Source of the DNA: a virus
Lineage: Duplodnaviria > Heunggongvirae > Uroviricota > Caudoviricetes
Length of the DNA: 23,233 bases
Virus record (IMG/VR): IMGVR_UViG_2541047722_000009
Reading direction: 5' to 3' (one strand)
Under the pieces are notes generated by a model. The model was given only the letters and a program-made list of their open reading frames with translations. It searched no databases and was not told the origin of the DNA. Shown here piece after piece: positions 1 to 8,060 of this stretch. Numbering within the stretch: the first letter of the stretch is position 1; the number at the start of each line of letters is the position of its first letter. A program made the position numbers and the translations under genes.

Positions 1-1131
1 TCAAATGACCAGTTTTTTCCATTCCTTACCGCGTGCGTCGTTGTAAATATCGGTCATTTTTTGATTCGAATGGCCCAGCAAAATTTTGGTATCAACCCCC
101 TGCTCTCTGAACAATCGCTCTGATAAAGATCTCTGCTCATGGAAAGAGGGTGGGGTGCCATTAGCACGCCAGTTGTAATCCACAGAATCCCGGGCTTTTT
201 TAAATGCAACGGTTAATGTTGCTGGCTTAACCATCCCGCCGCGCTTAGCTGTCCCTTTCGCGTGATGGTGGTGCAATAGCCACGGACTAAGAACGCAATC
301 GCGGCAGGATGACACCACATCATCTAGGGTGAGATTTAATTTATCGCAACGCAGAGCCAGAGGGATGGCAATCCGGGTTCCTGTTTTTTGCTGTTCGACA
401 TGAAGATAACCATCCCGGATATCCGAAAATTGCATTTTGCAAATATCTGAAAGGCGCTGGCCTGTCATCAGTGCCAGCAGCATACCGCGCTGTAAAAAGT
501 AACCATCCTTTTCCGCTGCGTTATAAATCATCATCCACTCATCAAAAGTCAGTCGCTGTCTTGATATCCGCACCTGCGGTTTTTTTGCCGATTCTGCAGG
601 GTTAAAGCCTGGCGGGACATCGCCCGTTTGCTGAGCTTCCCGGAAAACATCGATCAGTACTTTCCTGAAAATTTGTCCCATTCTGTTATGTCCTCTGGCC
701 TTGTACTCTTCCAGTACTGATACCACATCTTTTACGGTTATGGCATCTAACGGTCTGGTGCCAAAACGTTCATCAAATACCCTGAGAGGGGCCGCTTTCT
801 GTTTCAGCGTGTTGAGTTTGATCTCGCCGTTTTCATATCTTTCCTGTTGAATTTTTCTGTAATTATTCAGAAAAATGGTAACGGTTGATGAACCGCCGGT
901 GTCACTAATAATTTTCTCCTGCAGACTGAGCATTTGTTCCATTTGCTGCCGGGCAAGACGGCTGTTCGCTTCTGCTGCAATAGTTTCTGCCAGTTTCTGG
1001 TCAATACTGCCGAGACCGTGATTTTTGCCTGTTATGGGATGCCTGTAACGCCAGTAAACTTTGTTATTTCTTTTGTCAAAATACGGAGATAATCCCGGAA
1101 CATCGGTTTTATATTTTCGCGGGCGCGCCAT
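1..1131 (-). CDS. int: Phage integrase, tyrosine recombinase (lambda Int family)
   Basis: 376-aa ORF. C-terminal region resembles lambda Int catalytic domain (…LGHSNQKMTDIYNDARGKEWKKLVI). Position at prophage end, overlapping xis upstream. Confidence 0.9.
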   Translation of the reverse strand: MARPRKYKTDVPGLSPYFDKRNNKVYWRYRHPITGKNHGLGSIDQKLAETIAAEANSRLARQQMEQMLSLQEKIISDTGGSSTVTIFLNNYRKIQQERYENGEIKLNTLKQKAAPLRVFDERFGTRPLDAITVKDVVSVLEEYKARGHNRMGQIFRKVLIDVFREAQQTGDVPPGFNPAESAKKPQVRISRQRLTFDEWMMIYNAAEKDGYFLQRGMLLALMTGQRLSDICKMQFSDIRDGYLHVEQQKTGTRIAIPLALRCDKLNLTLDDVVSSCRDCVLSPWLLHHHHAKGTAKRGGMVKPATLTVAFKKARDSVDYNWRANGTPPSFHEQRSLSERLFREQGVDTKILLGHSNQKMTDIYNDARGKEWKKLVI

Positions 1132-1357
1132 CTTCCAGTATCCTCTTCAAAGCAGGGTGATCTGTGGCGATCACCTCCGGCTTGTTTACCATTCCGACAA
1201 AGCGAGCTTGCGGATCCACTCGCCAGCGTCTTCCAACTTTTTTGGGGAGAGGAAATATCATTCCGGCTTTAGCGTATTTACTTAACGTACTCGGAGTAGG
1301 GACCGGTTCACTGAATTCCTCCTTTGTCCACTCAGTGAGCAGAATAAGTCTTGCCAT
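1109..1357 (-). CDS. xis: Excisionase (Xis-like)
   Basis: 82-aa ORF whose 3' end overlaps the int start. Resembles lambda Xis (LLTEW…IFPLPKKVGRRWRV versus lambda LTLQEW…IFPPPVKDGREYLF). Confidence 0.85.
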   Translation of the reverse strand: MARLILLTEWTKEEFSEPVPTPSTLSKYAKAGMIFPLPKKVGRRWRVDPQARFVGMVNKPEVIATDHPALKRILEDGAPAKI

Positions 1358-1421
1358 GAGCGTCGTTCGCTAATCATGGTCGCCGCCACTATAGCTGGTG
1401 GGCAACGACCGGGGTTGAACA

Positions 1422-3893
1422 TTAAAAATCAGCCTGATTTGGGATCAGTTTTTGCCAGATAGCTGAAACGTATTTTGCCTGGTAACGGGCGTCATCAAGT
1501 GCATTATGGCGCTCACCTTCGAATGGAATAGCCGTTCTGGCATCGAAGTCTATGGCTTTCCCCAGCTCAACGATTGTGCGTACATCGCGATCGTTGTAGT
1601 AACGCCACGGGCAGGGGATCCCCTGCCGTTCGTATGAACGGCGCAAAATCGTGTTGTCGAAGTTGGCTCCATTTCCCCAAACCTGAACAAAAAATTCACC
1701 GGAGTTTTCGTCGATAAATTCCCGCAATTGTAACAGTGCATCATCTAACGGGATTTCATCGGTCATAATGGCAGATTGCGCTTCGCGTGATTGCTTAAGC
1801 CACCATTTAATGGTGTCCCGATCAATGACTCCGCCAGCAGTTTCCAGATCGATAGTCTTACTAAATTCCGGTCCCATATCTCCGGTTTGCGGATCGAAAA
1901 ATATTGCACCTATTGAGATGATCGGGGCATCAGGATTTTTTCCCATGGTTTCAAGGTCGATCATTAGATGGTCACACGTCCTGCTGGTGGATGTGATTTC
2001 GTGATGACCGTTCACCTTAATTGGGTGATCTGCCGTCTCGCCAGTTTCATTATCGCTATTGTGATGCTGATTGCCGCCAGTGTTCTCCTTGTGTGGATGT
2101 TCAGCGCCTTCCATTTCCTCCGGATCATCTTCCTGAACTTCAACCTGATACTCTTCATCGAATGTTTCTTGGTATGTTGCGTCGCCCATCACCGCGCCAC
2201 AATCAGGACAGTTGCCGCCGCCGGTCTGACCGCAGGCGGTGCAGGCTTTTTCCACTTCCTGGTGCGCCACTGGTTCAGGCTGTTTCGTTTCTGGCTCGTT
2301 TTGTAACGCATTTGGACTGTTTTGTTCCGCTTTTTGGTAGTTCCGTTCCGATTCATGCTGGTTCTGGCTCACAGAATCGCGGGTCTGGATCCCCTTAATC
2401 CATTTCGGATCATTCGGGTCACTAATCCCTTCAACAAATTCACCACGTGATGCAGCAAGCAACTTATCGGCGTCAGGCTGGCTGATATTGGCTGCCTGCA
2501 TAATTTTGTTTACTTCGTCAGCGGTAACTTTTATCGGCTCTGGTTGTTCTGAATCTTCAGCGGTATCTACATTTTGCGGTAAGCCCGTGTATGTGCCATT
2601 TTTTCGGGCAAAATATTCTTCTTTTGTGATTTCAGTGGCGCCAGCAGCCAGTGCCTTATCCAGACCAGAAAGTTTGTTTGCGCGACCGTATTTTTCTCCG
2701 TCCTTATCTGCGAAGAGGAAATAGAACGGCCCCTCACGCTCTACAGATGGTTCAGCTTCCGGCGCGGTTTCATTTTTTGGGATATCAGATACCTCAGTTT
2801 CCACTGCATCAGTTTGTGTTTCTGATGACTGGAGAACATCAACAGTGCCCAGGTCTGTTTCTTCATTCTCAAACACGCCCTTTGTCGTCAGGTATTCGCA
2901 GATATATTTGTTCAGTGCTACGGGATCTTTGTGAATGTCGATCGGACGCTCACGGACAAGGCCAAAAATAGTTTGGCGGTCGTAGCGAAGGGCATCAGGC
3001 TGTTTGCGCATTGATGCCGAGATACGCTTCCAGTCTTCGCGGTCGTTGTCGATAACTTCTTTTTTTGCCCAGCGATGGATGCTGCCGTCAATGTTTCCGG
3101 CATCCACATCACCAGGCCAGAGAGCGTAGGCCAGTTCGTCATCCAGTGTTTTCCATGTCTGCTTGTATTCGCGATGAATGGCAGCAATGACCGGGCTGAT
3201 TTTTCCTGTTGAATTTTCAGTGTACTGTTGATTGGCTCTGGCGCGGGCGAGATCAACAACAGACGTGTATTTTCCGGTTTCCTTGCGTTCACCTTCGCGA
3301 CGTTTTTTCCAGATGCGCATCTCTGCCTGAATTTCGGGCCATTTAGCACCAGGAATACATTTATGCTTAACCCACCCAATGGCGTGCAACTTAAGCTCCG
3401 GATACATGGCGTTAACTTCTGGCATTTTCATCAACGCTTCAACGATATGTCCGTCGAATGTTGCCATGTCTTCCTGCAACAATTCCTGTGCGCTAATAAC
3501 CATATCAACGGTGATGTTTTCACATGTGTCGAACTTAACCATGACAGCGTTCTGTACTTCAGGGGCCAGCTTGTCAAAAGTGACGTTCATCGGATCGGAT
3601 TCAGTCTCGACCGGAACAAAGGAAGCAGACGCCTCATCCCAGCGGTTTTCCTGCATATATTCAGCATCCCAGGAATCGAGGGCAGGGCGGGGTATACCGG
3701 GTTTATCCTCGCAAACAAGAAATTTATAAGCGCAGTCCTGAGCAGCCGGATAATGTTCCAGGAATTGCCAGTGAAATTTTGCGCGGGCGCGACGTTCATC
3801 ACCGGCTTCAATGGCAGTGGCTACAGCGACGGCACCTTCTTCCTTTATTGCCTGTTCGTCCGGAATGGCGGCGCAAATAAAGACTTTACTCAT
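1422..3893 (-). CDS. Prophage exonuclease: large acidic protein with internal Cys4 zinc-ribbon and C-terminal DnaQ-like DEDDh 3'-5' exonuclease domain (YdfE/exonuclease-VIII-like position)
   Basis: 823-aa ORF. C-terminal motifs MIDLETMG (Exo I), VWGNGANFD (Exo II), HNALDDARY (Exo III, DEDDh). CTACGQTGGGNCPDCG zinc-ribbon-like motif mid-protein. GAGG RBS upstream of ATG at 3893. Confidence 0.8.
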   Translation of the reverse strand: MSKVFICAAIPDEQAIKEEGAVAVATAIEAGDERRARAKFHWQFLEHYPAAQDCAYKFLVCEDKPGIPRPALDSWDAEYMQENRWDEASASFVPVETESDPMNVTFDKLAPEVQNAVMVKFDTCENITVDMVISAQELLQEDMATFDGHIVEALMKMPEVNAMYPELKLHAIGWVKHKCIPGAKWPEIQAEMRIWKKRREGERKETGKYTSVVDLARARANQQYTENSTGKISPVIAAIHREYKQTWKTLDDELAYALWPGDVDAGNIDGSIHRWAKKEVIDNDREDWKRISASMRKQPDALRYDRQTIFGLVRERPIDIHKDPVALNKYICEYLTTKGVFENEETDLGTVDVLQSSETQTDAVETEVSDIPKNETAPEAEPSVEREGPFYFLFADKDGEKYGRANKLSGLDKALAAGATEITKEEYFARKNGTYTGLPQNVDTAEDSEQPEPIKVTADEVNKIMQAANISQPDADKLLAASRGEFVEGISDPNDPKWIKGIQTRDSVSQNQHESERNYQKAEQNSPNALQNEPETKQPEPVAHQEVEKACTACGQTGGGNCPDCGAVMGDATYQETFDEEYQVEVQEDDPEEMEGAEHPHKENTGGNQHHNSDNETGETADHPIKVNGHHEITSTSRTCDHLMIDLETMGKNPDAPIISIGAIFFDPQTGDMGPEFSKTIDLETAGGVIDRDTIKWWLKQSREAQSAIMTDEIPLDDALLQLREFIDENSGEFFVQVWGNGANFDNTILRRSYERQGIPCPWRYYNDRDVRTIVELGKAIDFDARTAIPFEGERHNALDDARYQAKYVSAIWQKLIPNQADF

Positions 3894-3985
3894 TTTGTTT
3901 TACCTCATTACAGATTTAAGGGTGAACAAATCCCTGCCATTGCTGGCATATAAGAATGAAATCGGATGTTTATTACGGAACTGTT

Positions 3986-4177
3986 TTAAAGACCTGCCGG
4001 GATTTCGTTATTATCCTGGTGAATAACTTTATCGACCGGGTAACAGTTACCGGGAATTTTCTGTTCGGTTGCTGCAGTCACACACTCCTGCATTGTCCTG
4101 TGAACACTGACTGCAGTATCAACTGGCTCTCCGGAAACAAGAAAAACTGTCAGAACAAGTGCAAATGCTGTATTCAT
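3986..4177 (-). CDS. ydfD: YdfD-like small membrane protein (Qin ydfD homolog)
   Basis: 63-aa product from an internal Met of the 81-aa track ORF (MNTAFALVLTVFLVSGEP…). Start codon overlaps the dicB stop (ATGA). Hydrophobic N-terminus. Matches my recollection of Qin YdfD length and sequence. Confidence 0.7.
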   Translation of the reverse strand: MNTAFALVLTVFLVSGEPVDTAVSVHRTMQECVTAATEQKIPGNCYPVDKVIHQDNNEIPAGL

Positions 4178-4362
4178 TGCCAGCATCCTTTTTGTATCGG
4201 ACGTAAACGGGCCAACATTGAAAGAATGCATATTTTATTTAATAGCTCCCGTTCGTGTTTTCTCTTGTTAATGGCATCTTCAGTAAATACAGGGTTACTG
4301 ATAGTGACACCAATTTCAAAACAACCTTCAGACGTATTAACGTTTGGTAATAACGTTTCCAT
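4174..4362 (-). CDS. dicB: Cell division inhibitor DicB (MinC-dependent)
   Basis: 62-aa product METLLPNVNTSEGCFEIGVTISNPVFTEDAINKRKHERELLNKICILSMLARLRPIQKGCWQ, near-identical to recalled E. coli K-12 DicB. It is the internal-Met part of the 97-aa track ORF. Upstream sequence GTTGAGGACGCGATAATG as in K-12. Confidence 0.88.
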   Translation of the reverse strand: METLLPNVNTSEGCFEIGVTISNPVFTEDAINKRKHERELLNKICILSMLARLRPIQKGCWQ

Positions 4363-4536
4363 TATCGCGTCCTCAACAATGAATTTTGTGATGCGGTGCC
4401 TGGTGCTTCCAGGTGACGTTAACCAGTTAACAATTAACGCCGGATACAGAGAATCCACCCATAACACTGTTTTTGGTTTTAACTGTTCCGCGTGCGCTTA
4501 GCCGCATTCACCGCATCACAAAATTCACTTTAAAAA

Positions 4537-4589
4537 GGGCGGCAGAGCAGTCACGGAGTAAAACTGATACCGCCAAACGTCACCAGAAA
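4537..4589 (-). ncRNA. dicF: DicF small RNA (antisense regulator of ftsZ and other mRNAs), processed from the dicB operon transcript
   Basis: Reverse complement of 4537-4589 reads TTTCTGGTGACGTTTGGCGGTATCAGTTTTACTCCGTGACTGCTCTGCCGCCC, matching recalled K-12 DicF, followed by a T-tract (4531-4536 on minus strand). Confidence 0.9.
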
Positions 4590-4927
4590 ATTGATAACAG
4601 AGGGCGTTGCAGCGGGGTTGTCACTTAAGCGTATGGTCAACCTGACAACCCGGTGTCCTCAACGGGGGAAGGAATAACCCCGCCATACTTACCGCCGCGC
4701 CATTTCGCGGATTGCCACAACCGGAAGCGCACGGTCGACGAAAATTTAACGACAGGCTATCTATGAACCAGCTACCTCGCCGTGCGCTTTCGCGTTATGG
4801 TCTGACTTTTCAGGGAAATATCCTTTCAGTAAACTGTCAGTGCTGGATGTTCACCCGTGTCCGGCGCACGCACTCCACCTCACCCGTGGAGAACTCCTTA
4901 ATTACCAACCTTAGCTTCGTTGGTTAG

Positions 4928-5149
4928 CTATTCACGCGGGTATGTAATCATTCTGGCAATGCTTAATGCCGCTGCTTTTTCCAGATTGGTGATATCCTGC
5001 TCCAGAGCGGACAGATTTTCAGCCTGCTTAGCCCTGGCTTCATTGGCCCATTTCAAATCCTGCGCTGCATTAATTTTCTGGCGCATCCACTCATAAAGTT
5101 CATCATTGGTATAGTCTGGCGCGATGATGACGGGTTCTCGTTTCTGCAT
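4928..5149 (-). CDS. ydfC: YdfC-like protein (Qin dicB-operon protein)
   Basis: 73-aa ORF with GAGGAA RBS. Synteny ydfA-ydfB-ydfC-dicF-dicB as in Qin. Confidence 0.7.
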   Translation of the reverse strand: MQKREPVIIAPDYTNDELYEWMRQKINAAQDLKWANEARAKQAENLSALEQDITNLEKAAALSIARMITYPRE

Positions 5150-5178
5150 ACTGATTCCTCGCGGTGCTGCTTCGCTTA

Positions 5179-5307
5179 TCAGCCGTTAGATTTTGCCGAG
5201 CTGGAAAGCGCCTGTTTAAACTCACTGAAGCTGAGAGCTTCTTCGCCTTCGGCAAGGCCTTCGAAGTATTCTTCGTAAGCCTTTTCCATGATTGTGTCGA
5301 AATCCAT
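5179..5307 (-). CDS. ydfB: YdfB-like small protein (42 aa)
   Basis: Not in the ORF track (under 60 aa). Minus-strand translation gives MDFDTIMEKAYEEYFEGLAEGEEALSFSEFKQALSSSAKSNG*, matching recalled K-12 YdfB. Start lies 1 nt after the ydfA stop (TGATATG). Confidence 0.65.
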   Translation of the reverse strand: MDFDTIMEKAYEEYFEGLAEGEEALSFSEFKQALSSSAKSNG

Positions 5308-5308
5308 A

Positions 5309-5464
5309 TCACTCACCTGAGTTTCTTTCCAGCCAGCGACGGGCACCATTTTCGGTTTTAAACGTTTTGCTTTTGGTATACGTCATCGCGGTGAACGTAC
5401 CGTCCTGGTTGGGGAACACGCCACATACCAGAGATTCGCTGTTGCCAAGATCGATAGTATCCAT
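5309..5464 (-). CDS. ydfA: YdfA-like small protein (51 aa)
   Basis: Internal Met of the 78-aa track ORF gives MDTIDLGNSESLVCGVFPNQDGTFTAMTYTKSKTFKTENGARRWLERNSGE, matching recalled K-12 YdfA. GAGG RBS 7 nt upstream. Confidence 0.7.
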   Translation of the reverse strand: MDTIDLGNSESLVCGVFPNQDGTFTAMTYTKSKTFKTENGARRWLERNSGE

Positions 5465-5643
5465 GCTGACCTCATTTCCCCTTAACGCCGGGGTAGCGGA
5501 ACAAAAACCTGCTGCATAGTTATTAAAGTTGAACCCTGCCGTCATGTTCTTACGCCTCGGGCTGGCTACTTAACCCCTGACCACTGCCTGGTAACTAGAA
5601 GTATTGCCCTGCATTCTGTGGGGTGGGGAGAGGGAATGAATTA

Positions 5644-5692
5644 AGTTTAGAAAAATGAACTTTTCAGGTCAATGTTTTTTTATCAAAACATT
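5644..5692 (-). promoter_or_regulatory. PL-like early-left promoter (-35 TTGACC, 17-bp spacer, -10 TAAACT on minus strand) with overlapping palindromic operator AATGTTTT-N6-AAAACATT
   Basis: Minus-strand reading …AAAACATTGACCtgaaaagttcatttttcTAAACT…. Perfect 8-bp inverted repeat at 5671-5692 abuts/overlaps the -35. Located between the repressor gene and the leftward operon. Confidence 0.45.
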
Positions 5693-5756
5693 TTAAGCAG
5701 GCAGCTGTTAAGCCATCACCACGATGGCATACAGTTAATCAAATAGATGAGGTCGG

Positions 5757-6395
5757 TTAAATATTTTGTTGAATTTTAAAGCATACGCCCAATATGCAAG
5801 ATAGATCATCCAGCATAATTGAAGGGTAGCGAGGATTCGTGGGGACTAAAAGAATATCCGGCCCTTCTATCTCCAGTTTACGAATGACAGGTGTTGTGGT
5901 CCCTTTGGGTAAGGCAAGGACAATATTTCCTGGTTGTACGGTTCGATCGGGATCAACAAAAACTGTTGAACCATTTGGGATGGAAACTCCCCCACCAGAT
6001 GTTGACATACTGTCACTCTCTAGAACAACTGCAAAGGTATTGGCCGGGATTTCTCCGACAAGCTGCACACAAGAGGTTATTGAGGAATTTTTCATATAAT
6101 CACTCCAGCTTGCTGCCTGCTGAAGTGATAGTAGCGGAACCGTTTTTATCGGCGGTAAAGATAGATCAAGCGAATCACCTGTATTTAACTCTCCTCCATT
6201 AAGAAGCCAATTTTCGTTTACTTTCAATATTTTTGCCAGTGAACTTATGTAACGCGAGGACGGCGCTCCTCCACCGTTCATCCATTGACTTACGGAGCCT
6301 TTTGATGCGCCAGTGGCATTGACAAGGTCTTTGCCTTTCAGGTTTAGCGCATGCATACGTTGGGTTATGCGTTCAGATATTGTTTGCTTGTTCAT
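5757..6395 (-). CDS. cI: Phage CI-type repressor (N-terminal XRE HTH, C-terminal LexA-like S24 peptidase domain)
   Basis: 212-aa ORF. HTH region LKGKDLVNATGASKGSVSQWMNG. C-terminal SDSM…K (Ser-Lys dyad context) typical of S24 autoproteolytic repressors. Divergent from cro-like gene. Confidence 0.85.
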   Translation of the reverse strand: MNKQTISERITQRMHALNLKGKDLVNATGASKGSVSQWMNGGGAPSSRYISSLAKILKVNENWLLNGGELNTGDSLDLSLPPIKTVPLLSLQQAASWSDYMKNSSITSCVQLVGEIPANTFAVVLESDSMSTSGGGVSIPNGSTVFVDPDRTVQPGNIVLALPKGTTTPVIRKLEIEGPDILLVPTNPRYPSIMLDDLSCILGVCFKIQQNI

Positions 6396-6457
6396 GTTTT
6401 GATTTTAAAACACAGATGGTTTTGTTTCTTGACTTTCTTTGGTTTTGATTATTAAAC
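6396..6457. promoter_or_regulatory. OR-like divergent promoter/operator region: two GTTTT-N6/7-(A)AAAC operator-like palindromes and a TTGACT -35 for the rightward promoter
   Basis: GTTTTGATTTTAAAAC at 6396-6411 (immediately adjacent to the cI start codon) and GTTTTGATTATTAAAC at 6442-6457. Both resemble the PL-side palindrome at 5671-5692. TTGACT at 6429-6434. Confidence 0.4.
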
Positions 6458-6486
6458 TTTTGGCGTTCAGTTTTATGGAGCGACTC

Positions 6487-6729
6487 ATGAAAAAATCAGA
6501 AGTATTAGGCTATTTTGGCGGAGTTGTTAAAACAGCCGCAGCTCTAGGAACGTCAAAAACCACAGTCAGCATGTGGGGGGAAGAGGTTCCGTGGAAATGG
6601 GCGTTGCTAATTCAGGCAGTCACTGCCGGGGCGCTCAAATATGAGTTACACATACCGACGGTTGTCATTCCCGGTTCTGATCATAATCCGCCTTCTAACC
6701 AAGGGGGGATTCATGAAAATCAAGCATGA
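6487..6729 (+). CDS. cro: Cro-like HTH regulator (YdaS-like)
   Basis: Start chosen at ATG 6487 with GGAG RBS 6 nt upstream (track ORF begins earlier at 6439). HTH-like GGVVKTAAALGTSKTTVSMW. Divergent from cI. Confidence 0.7.
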   Translation: MKKSEVLGYFGGVVKTAAALGTSKTTVSMWGEEVPWKWALLIQAVTAGALKYELHIPTVVIPGSDHNPPSNQGGIHENQA

Positions 6730-7138
6730 ACACATCCGCATGGCGATGAATGCCTGGGCGCGTCCTGATGGCGAAAAAGTTCCGGCAGCTGGAATAACCC
6801 AGGCTTATTTTGAGTTGGGTATGACGTTTCCTGAACTGTACGACGACAGCCATCCGGAAGCCCTGGCTCGCAATACCCAGAAAATTTTCCGCTGGATAGA
6901 GAAAGACACCCCTGATGCAGTTGAAAAAATTCAGGCGTTGTTACCAGCGATCGAAAAGGCAATGCCACCTTTGCTGGTGGCCAGAATGCGCAGCCACAGT
7001 TCAGCTTATTTTCGGGAGCTGGTGGAGACGCGGGAGCGACTGGTGAGAGACGCTGATGATTTTGTCGCAGTGGCAATCGCCGGTTTCAATCAGATGAACC
7101 GTGGTGGCCCGGCAGGAAATGCTGTGGCAGTACATTGA
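6713..7138 (+). CDS. YdaT-like protein (CII-position regulator)
   Basis: 141-aa product from internal Met (MKIKHEHIRMAMNAW…) with GGGGGG RBS. N-terminus and C-terminal …AVAVH resemble my recollection of Rac YdaT. Position directly after cro. Confidence 0.6.
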   Translation: MKIKHEHIRMAMNAWARPDGEKVPAAGITQAYFELGMTFPELYDDSHPEALARNTQKIFRWIEKDTPDAVEKIQALLPAIEKAMPPLLVARMRSHSSAYFRELVETRERLVRDADDFVAVAIAGFNQMNRGGPAGNAVAVH

Positions 7139-7209
7139 CTGACAATAGCCATATCGAATCGCTTCCGGCAACTCGTGAGTAAAAAGATTCGGTATCAGAA
7201 GAGGTGAGT

Positions 7210-7392
7210 ATGGCTAACGCCTGGCTCAGATTATGGCATGACATGCCAAATGACCCTAAGTGGCGAACAATTGCCAGGGTGTCAGGGCAGCCAATTGCAA
7301 CAGTGATGGCAGTGTATATCCACCTCCTGGTGAGCGCGTCACGAAATGTCACGCGAGGTCACATTGATGTCACGACGAGTCACGACAGATAA
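7210..7392 (+). CDS. Putative replication protein, N-terminal part (YdaU-position); reading frame ends inside the iteron-like repeat block
   Basis: ATG 7210 with AGAGGTGA RBS. Product MANAWLRLWHDMPNDPKWRTIARVSGQPIATVMAVYIHLL… stops at 7390-7392 (TAA). The downstream frame continues in another phase. Confidence 0.5.
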   Translation: MANAWLRLWHDMPNDPKWRTIARVSGQPIATVMAVYIHLLVSASRNVTRGHIDVTTSHDR

Positions 7393-7411
7393 AGATACAG
7401 ATAAAGATACA
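7338..7411. repeat. Iteron-like direct repeats (5 x GTCAC(G) at ~10-bp spacing) followed by a 2 x 12-bp tandem repeat GATAAAGATACA; candidate replication origin embedded in the replication gene
   Basis: GTCACG at 7338, 7348, 7369, 7379 and GTCACA at 7358. GATAAAGATACA at 7388-7399 and 7400-7411. By analogy, lambda ori iterons lie inside gene O. Confidence 0.5.
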
Positions 7412-8020
7412 GATCAAGAAGATCAAAACACTATGGTCCATGGCGTAAAAAACGCCACGAACCAGGCAGGGGATGTTCAGACCGTCAATCTTGGTCAGCC
7501 AGCAGGCACGACACCGGAAGCCGATTCAGCGTATGCGCTGAAAGCCGATTCGGGCGCTGTGCAGCAGGTGATGACCGCAAGGCCGGAGCAATCACACCAA
7601 CTGCAGCAGCCCGAAGCCGATTCCGCCATTCAGCGGGAAGCCGATCGGGTAGTCCCGGAAAACACCGGGCAGTCTGTGGGACGAGTGGATTATCCGGATG
7701 TGTTCGAACAGGTCTGGCGGGAGTACCCGTTGCGTGCTGGGGCAAACCCGAAGAAATCCGCTTTCAGTGCCTGGAAGGCCAGATTACGCGAGGGGGTGCC
7801 ACCAGAGGCCATGCTGGATGGCGTGAGGCGTTACGCAAGATACTTGGCGGCTACCGGGAAAACGGGAACGGAATTTGTTCAGCGAGCGACGACGTTTTTT
7901 GGACCGGACCGGAATTTTGAGAACCCCTGGTTGCTCCCGGTAAGCGGCACGAACAACCAGCGTTGTGTGAATCATATTTCTGAACCGGATAACGAAATTC
8001 CGCCGGGCTTCAGGGGGTAA
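7346..8020 (+). CDS. Putative replication protein, C-terminal part (low-complexity acidic linker plus conserved C-terminal domain); precise start uncertain
   Basis: 224-aa ORF in a different frame from 7210-7392, overlapping it by 47 nt. DKDTDKDTDQED linker is encoded by the tandem repeat. C-terminal region looks like a conserved globular domain. Confidence 0.5.
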   Translation: MSREVTLMSRRVTTDKDTDKDTDQEDQNTMVHGVKNATNQAGDVQTVNLGQPAGTTPEADSAYALKADSGAVQQVMTARPEQSHQLQQPEADSAIQREADRVVPENTGQSVGRVDYPDVFEQVWREYPLRAGANPKKSAFSAWKARLREGVPPEAMLDGVRRYARYLAATGKTGTEFVQRATTFFGPDRNFENPWLLPVSGTNNQRCVNHISEPDNEIPPGFRG

Positions 8021-8060
8021 GTGTTAATTTCTGGTCATGAGGTAATTTTCAGGAGGGCTT

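Noticed and set aside
3228-3953. 241-aa plus-strand ORF and other plus-strand ORFs between 1768 and 3729
   Set aside because: All are antisense to the 823-aa exonuclease gene, which has recognisable DEDDh motifs. Their products are low-complexity, Cys/Ser-rich and not protein-like.
5103-5361. 69-aa minus-strand and 65-aa plus-strand track ORFs
   Set aside because: Neither is in the frame that encodes the 42-aa YdfB-like peptide matching the Qin operon. Their products are highly basic or not protein-like.
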